Below are positions 1 to 9,965 of a DNA stretch of 64,000 bases, piece after piece. The notes beneath the pieces are model-generated. The model saw only the letters and a program-made list of their open reading frames with translations, made no database searches and was not told the origin of the DNA. Both the position numbers and the translations under genes were made by a program. The stretch's first letter is position 1; each line of letters starts with the position of its first letter. The stretch covers positions 434,001-498,000 of the forward strand of contig MU057700.1 in NCBI GenBank assembly GCA_013265495.1, written 5' to 3'. The stretch comes from Vicugna vicugna (lineage: Eukaryota).

Positions 1-337
1 GCTGAAACGGCGAAACCTTCAGGGAAGATGGATGATGCTTCTCTATTTGGTCTATGGCCCACAGTGAAAAAACAGAACAAAACAAAACTGGTGGCAGGTA
101 GCATGTGCTGTGGGAGGGCTGAATCACAAAATCAGGGAGGTGTGAGCTGGAAGCCCTGCTTTGGGGAAGGATGCTTAATGAGTGTCCACAGGAAGGGGCC
201 CCAAACATCCCTTTCCAGCCATGGACCCTAAAATGATCAACTAGCATAAAGCTGAGACTTGTTTTTGCTAAAACTCATATTTCACTCTATCTGTCATCTG
301 AGCTGCACATTTTCCATTCACCCTTCCTCTTGCAAAA

Positions 338-420
338 GCTCATTTATTTAGCAAACATTTGCTGGGTGCTTACTGTATTCCAGGCACAATTTTCAGCAAG
401 GGAGACATTACAGTGAACTC
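338..420 (-). mobile_element. L2 LINE 3' end fragment
   Basis: TTTATTTAGCAAACATTTGCTGGGTGCTTACTGTATTCCAGGCAC resembles the antisense L2 3' terminus. Confidence 0.6.
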
Positions 421-434
421 AACAAAGACCTTAC

Positions 435-1293
435 CTTTGTGGTATTTCTCACAGTCACCAACACAGGAGGCACATATGCAGTGCCTTGGAAAGTGACCCC
501 AGATGGGGAGGGACCCAGGGCAGGGCCCCTGTCAGGGCTGGATGCCCAGGGAAACTGACTTTGGGCAAAGAAGTTGGAGCTGTGGGGACAGTGCTGCCCA
601 CAGGGAGCAGGGAGGGGACAGGACGGGCCTTGGAGTTTCCTACACTTGGAATGAGGCCCCTGCAGAGAGGAGAGGCTGTCTTTTGTCTTCCCATGAGAGC
701 ATCTCCTGGACATCCTCACCCCTCTGGAAGCTGCTACTCTGATCGCTGAGAGGGTGATAGCCGGCAGAATCTGCAAAGTGAGCACTCTGGCCTGGGCAGT
801 CTTTTGGAGCTGAAAAAACCTGCTGTGCTCTCGGCGTGCTGACAAGTAGGAAGTTCATTGACTTAATGCCCTGTAATGGCTTCCAAAGTCTCCTTGCCCA
901 GGATGGGTTGGGCTGCAGCTCCAGGCACAGCGTGCAACTTCTACATCCATCTCAGGCCTGAGGGTGCTGAGGCGGTGTGCTGTGAGCTGGAGGGGTCGGG
1001 GAGAAGGGGGTCAGCAACCCCCTGTGGGAAGGCACAGAGTTTGAGGGCGTAGCCTGGGAGGCTCCCCCAGCCCCCAGTGTTTGCAGACAGACAAGAGCAA
1101 TAGGGCACTTACTTGTCTCCCTCTCCCCATTTCCCCGCCCCCGACCCTGCAAGTGCCCCAGAAGACATTACTCAGCTATTTCAAGCCCCCAGGGGTAGGG
1201 GGGCTCCTGATCTCAAGAAGATCAAGGGTGCCCTCTTTGCTTCCTCTCAGGCATCTCCCTAAGGTCACTACCTGAGCCTAGGTCTAGCTGGGG
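435..1293 (-). ncRNA. Candidate spliced transcript (probably non-coding), running off the left edge
   Basis: Minus-strand TATA at 1323-1316; donor CAA|GTAAGT (1113/1112); branch CTGAC (1014-1010), pyrimidine tract and CAG acceptor (987/986); donor AAG|GTAAGG (435/434). No recognisable protein. Confidence 0.25.
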
Positions 1294-1315
1294 CTCCCAG
1301 CCTTGCTGCAGGCCG

Positions 1316-1333
1316 CTTATATAGGCCAGATGG
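1316..1333 (-). promoter_or_regulatory. Candidate TATA box (TATATAAG) with adjacent E-box CAGATG
   Basis: Minus strand reads CCATCTGGCCTATATAAGCGGCC in GC-rich context; motif evidence only. Confidence 0.3.
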
Positions 1334-1386
1334 GGCCCCTCCCTGCTTGCTGAGAAGTTTGCCAGCCTGGCCTTCATCCCCTAGAA

Positions 1387-1588
1387 CAGTGCGGTCCAGT
1401 GGAACTTTCTGCAATGGTAGTAACTTCCCATTCCGCACTCTCCGATGTGATGGCCACTAGCCAAGTATGGCTCTTGAGCACTTGAAATGTGGCTAGTGTG
1501 ACTGAGGAACTGAATTTTTAATTTTACTGAATTTATAGTAATGTAAAATTAAGTAGTCATAAGTGGCTGGTGGATTTACTGGGCACTG
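1387..1588 (+). mobile_element. MER3-like hAT-Charlie non-autonomous DNA transposon
   Basis: CAGTGC...GCACTG termini; internal GGCCACTAGCC...TTGAGCACTTGAAATGTGGCTAGTGTGACTGAGGAACTGAATTTTTAATTTTA matches the MER3 consensus. Confidence 0.85.
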
Positions 1589-4500
1589 AAGCTCTAAGAA
1601 ACACCTCCCCAGCCTCTCCCTGGGGCTCCCGGGGGCTGGGCAGGCCTCTTGCCCAAACCCCACCCCACCCCTACTGGAATGAGAGCAGAGAAACCAGAGC
1701 CTGCTTGGTCACCCTCCCCAGTGGGCTCTCTGATCTAGCAGCTTCCACTCGGTTTCCTGGTGGTTTGAAGATGCCATAGCGCCCCTGAAGAGAATGGCGG
1801 TGTGGCTGGGGTTCACTCTGGGCATGCGCTCTTGCTGTGGGGCATCTTCTGTTTTCCTCTGGGCCTAGCCCCAAGCCTGCCCACGCCTCCTGAAACCCCT
1901 GCCTCCTGCCGGCTGGTGTGGTGAAGGCTGCAGGGCCCTGCTCTCTAGGGCCTCTTTGGAAAAGGGCTGATGAGTTCGTGCATATTAAGATGTGGTGATG
2001 AAGGGCTGCCAGGGGACGCCACGCAGCAGCCTAAGACCCAAGGGCCTGCTCGCTAGTGCGGGGAGCTCAGCACCTGGCCCCCCTCCAGAGCCCTCGCCCT
2101 CTGCTCCCAAGCCACCCGACCTCCAATGGCCCCAGACTCCCCAGGTGCTTTCTGGCCGCTGACCTCCAGAGGCTGTTCCTTCTGCCTGGAAAGCTCTTCC
2201 TGCCTCCTCCTGGACCCTTCTGTTGTTCAACGACTCTTCATCACTCCGAAGTCTCGGCTCCATGTTACCTCCCTTCCCAGCCCGTGCTCAAATGCTCCAT
2301 CTAGGCACTCCCAAGGGGGCCCAGTGTGCCTCCTGGTCTGGCTGAGCTGGAGTTATTCCCAGCCCTCTCCGTGGGGACTAGTGGGGGTTTAGAGTGCTGG
2401 TCAGATGACCTGCTATGAGAAATGGCCCTTGTGGCCGAGAGGACACGTGGGCAAAGGCACAAACAGCTTGCAGGGAGGGAACGAGGCGCCCCAAATAAAT
2501 CATCTGGGGCCCGACATTTGGAGCGGTTGAGTTTGAGACCAAACACAGATGCCCTTTAGGTAAATACATTTTTGAGACACGTTCCGCAGAAGAGGTTTAT
2601 GACTTTAATAGGTTTTTAGTGTCAGACGAGCATCAGGAAGTGCTTTGTTGAGAGACTTTCTCTTAAAAGCACAGGATCCTTCTCTCCTCTCCGGCCCTTT
2701 AACAGAAAGATTACAAGGATCCTCTGTGAGGAGAGCTTCTCTTTCTCTAGGTTCCCCGGAGATTGGCCCTGGGCTGGGATTGCTCAGCTGAGGAATGTTC
2801 TGGAAGGTTCCGAAGACCTCGATGCTCTAGCCAGCGGGGGTGGGGGATGGCAGGGTCTCTCAGGAAGCTGATTTAGAAGCTTAGATGCAGCCTCCTTGCT
2901 CAGAGCAGTGCCCCCCCTCCTCTTCCCAATCCCCTCCACCCAGAGAAGACTGACGGCTGGTCCTCAGGTATGAGAAGGGCTCTGTGTGGAGGACGTGGGA
3001 CCCCCTCAGGCCTCCAGAGTTTGGTAATTTTCTGTGGATTGGAAACGTTACAAAGTTCCCCACACTGAAGCCCAGGAGTGCAAAGGAGCTGAGCTCACCG
3101 CGGGCCCTACGCCAGAGAGAGGAGACACAGGGAGAAGGTCAGATATGATCATGTCTGGATGCTTCTTCCTTCCGGCTTAGAGACAAGCTCCCACCTGCCC
3201 ATCCTGGGCTCTGCCACATGATCTCAGGGTGCCCTCGGCCTGGCTCTGGCCTGGACACCGAGCAGCCACACCTGTGGCAGGTTTCACTACCCTGTGTGTG
3301 CTGCACTGCTCTCAGCCCTTGCCCTGCCCCCAAGACAGGAGCTGCGTTGTGAGAGAGTGAATGCCCTCTTTGAACTGCAACCCATCCCCGAATGAGGCCA
3401 GCATGGAAGAGCTACTCCCCAGGTTGTCTGCGCTGTGGCTCTGGGCCATGTGGGGAGGTCCGCTGGCCAAGGTGGGCTGACCTCGGGCTTGTCTTTCCAG
3501 CATAGTGGGTGTGGGTGGGCCAGGGACACATGGGACCTGGAGGGGCCCACTGAGACCCAGGAACTGGCTCACAGAAAACACACAGATGGAACTGAGATGA
3601 CGCCCATGTGAACCTGGTGGTGATGCGGGCTCCAAGTGCGCAGGCAGGCCCTCTCCCAGCACAGGTGTGAGCTGAGCGCTGGGGGTGGGGGTCTGGCAGG
3701 GGCAGGAGAGAAGAGACAGTTGTGTCTGTGCTGTTCTCCAGACAGGATATCTTCTGGGGCAGGAGAAATGTTCTAATCAATCAATATGCCAAGATTCCAC
3801 ATCGATTGCAGGGAGGGTCCTCTTGTTTCGCTTAGGTGACTTCTGAGGACACCTGGAACCACATTTTCAACTGCTCTAGCTGCTGTAACTGAGAAACTCA
3901 ACCACGGTTTCTCCATTTCTGTGGATTTTCTGCCTTCCTAGCCTGCCCCTCTGTCTCCCACCCCCTGGCCCTCAGGGGCCTTTCTCAGACCCTCACCTTG
4001 CCCCAGACTCCACTCCAGGTCCTGCTCGTTTTATCTGGGGCTGTGTCAGGCAGTGAATAAATGAGGAGGTGGATGCTAAGAGGCCAGGACTGAGCAGGGA
4101 CCTGGGTGCACTCCCCCCTCCCCACCCCAGACTCTAACTCCCTTCCTCAGCCCTGAGATTTGCCAACAAACTCATTAGAATTTCCCCTCATAGATGGGTA
4201 ATAAACATTTGGATGAAACACCTGTGATCTTCTAAAGCTTCCCTCTTGCCTCATAATTATTTCCCTGCTGGTTCCAGACGCTTGGATACCGATGATTTCT
4301 TAACACCATTCACAACTACCTTTTCTTGTCTTTTCACGGTTGTCTTGGAAGCAGCTGCCCACAAACTGAAAGCAGCCCATAAACTACGCATCGTCCTTGG
4401 GGGCTCTCGTGACCTTGCCTGGATAGGGGCAGGAAGGAATGACCTACTTTATTGCCCAAGTGGATACCCAGGCTGGGAGGGGGTTTGACTGGCTACAAAT

Positions 4501-7093
4501 GACCACTTGTAAATTATCATTTGCATCTGGAATTTATCAGCATTCTCAAAATCCTAAAGGTTTGGGGTTTAATTATGCATGTCTGACCCCTAGAAGAGAG
4601 GCCGAGGGAGGTTGCTTTGGAAGGCAAATCTTTGCGGCCTGAATCATATCTCCCAGAAAAGGAGGCAGGCCCTGGGTGGGTACAAGTGAGAATCTACCTG
4701 TGGGTAGCCTTAGACTGGAGCTTCTAACTCATTCAGGGTCATAGCCCCTGCCTGGGTCAGAGCAGCATCACATTTTACAGGCGAGGTCCCCAAGGTGCAA
4801 GCCAATGTGAGCCTGCCTGCCTGGCTCTGACTTTGGGTGTGGGATGGGGCGACAGACTGCACTCAGAACCAATTCCCAGGGGCTGCTGGTGCCACTGGTC
4901 TCGAGCCTACACTGAGGGACTGACTACCCAGAGCTTCGTGGAATGGGAGAGACGTGGGTAAGAGTTTCAAGGTGGAAAGCGCCCACTTCACCCTCCTACC
5001 AGCCCACCCTGTCCCCCTCCTCCTCTGCACCTCCCCCTTGTTCCCAGCCTCCAACCACCACTGGCTTATGCCCACAGTCCTGGCTTTGCTGGGAGACTAG
5101 CCAGAACATGCCTGCCGTGCACCTCTGCGGGGACTCACCTGTGTTTGCAGACAGCTGTCTCTTCCTAACACTTATTCCTTCAGCTGGGTCCCTCATGGGA
5201 GACATAGATGCCTTGGAGTCCACTGGGGTGGAGGTAAAGGGGTGGTCAATTCTGTGATTGGGTTGGATTCAACCGCGATCTGTGACTCAACCCTTGCATG
5301 GTACTGAGCTCAGGGTGTCTATAGCAGACGCATTTCCCTCGTCTGCTGAGCAAGATGGCTATTGCCGTCATCCCGGGGACTGTGTGCTCAGCCTAGGGTG
5401 CCTGGTCTCTGCCAAGTCATGGTCACTTGGTAAAGGCTGACTCAGGAATTGTTTATGGCCAAGGGAGACCTGGGGAAGCTAAGGGAAGAGGGGAGGCCAG
5501 GGGATCCTGTGACCACAATCGGGGGCTCACAGGCCCCTCCAGACAGTGCACATAGCTGGCGATGGCAGTGGCGGCAGTCACTCTGGCTGTCCTGTGCGTT
5601 GTTATTTTCAAAGACTGAGTCTTTGGAGCAAAGAAATTTTCATTCCTTTTTCATTAATGAAAAACCTTGCAACCAAAGGAAGCACCCCACTAAATGACTG
5701 ATACCCAACGCGATATGCACTGCTCAGAAATGTCTCCTAGTCAATGAAGAAGAGATAACAGTCAGTGGAATAAAAATTAATCTGGCCACTATAGGAATTA
5801 ATATAAAAACATCAGATGCAGGACTTATAAGGGATGCCACCTTCAACTAACCCTCCCTGGGTTAAATACCCCTGGGACGATGATTTACATTCTGTGCTGC
5901 GGGCTGCTGCAGGCATAATCGATAGGGATGAGAAATGGGGCCACTGGCTGTGTCTGCCCATGAGGCTGGGGAGGGGAGCTGAGGGGGGCACACAGGCTGC
6001 CCTGGAAGCTTCTTGGAGCAGGGAGCCCATCTGAGCCACTCACTCTCCTTTCTTCCCCTTCCTATACTCCCCGGTGAGCTCCAGGCATGTGGCTGATGGG
6101 TTTCTGGAGGCTTGGGCCAGAGTGCCATCTCACCCCTGTGCCCTACCCCTCCGGGGTACAGGAGGCGGCCAGGGGAGAAGAGGGTGGGGCAGGCTGGGCC
6201 AGGTGCTGCTGGAGACCAGAGCAGTGGGCCCCACGACTCCTGTGCTGGGAGCTGGGCTTGGGAGAACCTCCTGACCGTAATCAATCGCACACCCATCTTG
6301 GTGAAATTACTGCTCCAGACTCTTGGTTTAGGGTGAAACATGCCTGTACAGCTATTTATTCCCACCATCTCAAACTTAACGATCTGCTGTTTCAGTCAAA
6401 GAGATGCTAAGTTCAAGCCTTTGCTGGCCAGCCCTGAGGGTGTTTCTCTGCAGGGAGCTTCAAGTCTGGGCTCGTGCATGGAAGCAAATGGGCCTCATCA
6501 CAGCTGCACGTCTGGCCTTCCTGCTGTGCCAGGTGAGTGGTGAGTTATCCTCACGCCTCCGTGGTGAGGGCCGTGCTTGCTCAGTTCTGCCCTGCCGCGC
6601 ACAAGCCACACCTGGGTGGGGGTGGACAGTGGGGTGGGCAGGCCAGTGTCAGGGCCAGCCAGGCTCCGGCCTCCCGTGGAGGCGTCTGCCCCTGGCTGGC
6701 TCCCTGCTCTCCAGGCTTCTTGGATCTGCTCCTGGGGGACAGAGGACTACCTTGTTATCTGCCTCTTGATATGGAGACACTGGAGGAGACCAATGTGAGG
6801 AGGACAAGATGTTTATCCCCCAGTCCCTCCCTGCGAAGCCCCCACTGTCCCTCTCCCAAGCTCTCTACCAGGCCTGGAGTTCCGGCTGCTGCCAGGGGGA
6901 GGGGGCACCAGCTCTCCACTGTACCAGCCTCTTACTATGTCCTGCCCAGCCCTCTGCTCTTAGGTTAAGCTCTAGTCACTGCCCTTCTGGTGTGCCCTCT
7001 GCTTCTACTGGGCTCTGACCATACAGCCCCCAAGGAAAATTCCTGCAGGGCTGGTAGTGATGAAACTTTTGGGGAAGGGTTGGCTCCCTGTTC

Positions 7094-7268
7094 TTTTTTT
7101 AAAAAAAAATAACTTCACATTTTAAATTTTAATTTATTATTTTGTTTTGGGAAGGAGGTAATTGGGTTTTTATTTATTTACTTATTTTTAGTGGAGGCAC
7201 TGGGGATTGAACCCAGGACCTCGTGCTTGATAGGCACCTGCTGTACCACTGAGCTGTACCATCCCCCC
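7094..7268 (-). mobile_element. Camelid tRNA-derived SINE (Vic-1 type)
   Basis: GGGGATTGAACCCAGGACCTCGTG...TACCACTGAGCTGTACC is an antisense tRNA-like head with A/B boxes; T-rich tail to the left. Confidence 0.9.
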
Positions 7269-7519
7269 AAGCCCCTATTCCCTGTTTTTGGACACAAGAA
7301 CCTGGCCCTTCCCAGGGAGGCCTTATTGATGTCTCCTTTCTGGGCCCCATTCACCCTGAGCAGCCCGGCAAAGTGTCCATGTGACCACCGCACTGCTGCT
7401 CACACCCACACAGGGCAGACCCAGGGCGGACCTCTATGCCTTATGTGACCTAAAGCCAGGGACAAGTGAACTTGAGCAATCTCAGGGATAGAAAGGCCCA
7501 AAGGGACCACTCAATATAA

Positions 7520-7590
7520 GCCTCATGATACAAATGGAGAAACTGAGGCCTCAGAGAGAATGGCCAAGGCCACAGAGCAAAGCAGGCCTC
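7520..7590 (-). mobile_element. MIR SINE core fragment
   Basis: ACAAATGGAGAAACTGAGGCCTCAGAGAG...GCCAAGGCCACAGAGC matches the MIR core. Confidence 0.6.
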
Positions 7591-7714
7591 CTGGCCCCAG
7601 GGCATTGCCCTGTGCCTGCTCCAGAGTCTCCCATGATGCTGGTCTGGGCTACCATAGAGTCATCCTGAATCTTACTAAGGAGGTAAAGATAAACCCAAAT
7701 AGTATCCTTTTCAT

Positions 7715-8101
7715 TGTATTATGTGTTGAATTATGTTCCCCCAAACCCATTTGTTGGCATCTGAACCCCTAGTGTCTCAGAATGTGAGTTTATTTGGAGA
7801 TGGGGTCTTTACAGATGTAATCAAGTTAAAATGAGGTCAGTGGGGTGGGCCCTAATCACATAGGCCTGGCGTCCTTATAAAAAGGGGAAATTTGGACAGA
7901 GACGTGCACAGAGGGAAGATGACATGAAGTGACAGGAGCTGAGGAGAGAGGCCTCGAACAGAACCTTCTGTCACGGCCCTCGGAGGAGTCGACCTTGATT
8001 TTGGACTTCCAGCCTCCAGGACTGTGAGATGATAAATGTCTGTTGTGTAAGCCTCCCAGTCTGTGGAACTTTGCTGTGGGAGCCACGGGAAACTGATTCC
8101 A
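7715..8101 (+). mobile_element. MaLR LTR (MLT1B/C-like)
   Basis: Hallmarks GATGTAATCAAGTTAAAATGAGGTCA, GTCCTTATAAAAAGGGGAAATTTGGACA and GACTTCCAGCCTCCAGGACTGTGAGA. Confidence 0.9.
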
Positions 8102-9227
8102 ACTGTAAAGAAGGTCGTGGTCATGAACTGAGAGCACTCTTCGTTTAGTTTGTCTTTATTTAATTTGGGGAGGTGTTGGTGTTTCAGATTTTTTTGTGTG
8201 CTTTCACTTTTTTAGTTTGTTTTGTTTTTATGGATCTGCAAATTGGAATGTATTTATTAACACTCAGAGGTTAGGAGGAGATGCTGTTGCGGAAGGCTGC
8301 TCAGGGCTTTCTGGGGTGATGGCCCTTTGGGGATGTTGGTTCCTAGGTTGCTGGGATCGAGGTTAGAGAATTGCTGGATGTGTGGGCTGTTAGAGGCACA
8401 GAGTGGACGAAGGAGCCAGAGCCCAAATCGCCTGCTGTCTAGGTGACGTTTTCTGTCCCCGTTGTTGTCAGTGACCTTGATCAGGAACCCCATGATGACC
8501 CAACCATGGCGCCTCCATCCAGCCAGTGGTGGAGGGAACGGGCTACTGAGTGTGTCTTTGTCCTCTCACATAATAACAGGGCAGTGCCATTCTAATGGAA
8601 AGACCTCATAGGCACTACTGGTGTAGGTGTAATCACTTAATATGTATTTTGAACAAAAGCACAGATCTCCCCCTTGGTGAAACTTATTCCAGAGAATTTC
8701 CACATGTTGTTTGTTTGATGCCCCATTGACCCGCCCTGCTCAGTGCCAGTTTTGGCTCTCATGGCAGCCCCATTAGTGCTGCCTTTCAGTGGAGGCTTAA
8801 AAAAGGCAATTTCTCTGCAGGCCAGAACTCAGCTGGCTGTAGGTTTGCCGGAAAGATTTAGAGACCTCACAACTTTGGGAAAATGACCATATACCTAATT
8901 CTGAAGGCTAATACCTAACATTTTGCTACCATGAAAACATTTCTCATTAAATAGGAACCCCTCCAGGCAGGGCTTCCAGGCATAAGGCACCTCCCCTCCC
9001 ACACATGTCCGACCCCTTTGAGTGGCTCTCTCAGACCCAAACCAATTGGAGCTCCCTCAGGATGAGGAGCCCTGTGTCCATCCATGTCCTCAATCAGTCA
9101 TTCACAGAGTGAGTGAGCGCTGCATCCCTGAGCAGACAAATCCCAGGGAGGACAGAGGGGTCACCTAGGGTCCCTCGTCCATCATCTGTGGCCGAGTAAC
9201 AAAGTATTTCGTTATTTCTTCAAAAAA

Positions 9228-9520
9228 ATTTTTTTAAATTAATTAAACAATTTTTATTAAACATTTTTTTATTGAAGTGTACTTGATTTATAATATTAGT
9301 TTCAGGTGTATGGCAAAGTGATTCAGTTATATGTATACATATATACATATATTTTCTTTTCAGATTCTTTTGCATTATGGGTTATTACAAGAAATTGAAT
9401 GTAGTTTCCTGTGCTATACAGTAGGTCTTTGTTGTTTTTCTATTTTAATATATAGTAATGTGTGTCTGTTAATCCCCAACCCCTAACTGATCCCTCCCCA
9501 ACCTTCATCCCCTTTATTCC
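9228..9520 (-). mobile_element. LINE-1 3' UTR fragment (artiodactyl/camelid type)
   Basis: T-rich tail then TTGAAGTGTACTTGATTTATAATATTAGTTTCAGGTGTA...TGTGCTATACAGTAGGTCTTTGTTG. Confidence 0.85.
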
Positions 9521-9524
9521 TTTT

Positions 9525-9965
9525 GCTTGTGAGTCTGCAGTTTGGACAGTGCTCAGCTGGGGAAGCTTGTCCCTGCTCTGGTCGACTTAGCTTAGGGTGG
9601 CTTCCAGGCAGGGCTGGAAACACCCGAGGGCTCCCTCACGTGACTGTGTGTGGAGCTGGCTGTCAGCCCAGACCTTCCGCCTTCATTGGAACTGTCAGCC
9701 AGGACATAAACATGCCACCTCGTAAGATGTGGGCTTCCTTACAACATGGCGGTCGACGTTGTAGCACTTCTGTGACCCGGCCTCACAAGTCACCCTGTGT
9801 CCTCTGCCATGTTCTCTCCATCCTGGCAGCCATGAAGTCCTGTCCAGTTTCAAGAAGAGGGGAAATAGAATCCATCGCTTAATGGGGGTGGTGGCGAGAT
9901 TCTAGAAGAGCATATAGGGCAGAAATATTGCTGTGGTCATTTTTAGAAAATGCAGCCTGACACGT
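9525..9965 (-). mobile_element. Old MaLR LTR (MLT1H-like)
   Basis: GGGCTTCCTTACAACATGGCGG, TCTGCCATGTTC, CCAGTTTCAAGAAGAGGGGAAATAGA and GGTCATTTTTAGAAAATGCAGCCTG. Confidence 0.65.

Noticed and set aside
660..719. Minus-strand intron between GTGAGG (719) and the acceptor at 660
   Set aside because: Only 60 nt, below the usual minimum for mammalian introns
7190..7268. tRNA gene-like sequences here and at ~28.0, 28.4, 29.5 and 31.8 kb
   Set aside because: Degenerate heads with SINE bodies, A-rich tails and TSDs; these are SINEs, not tRNA genes
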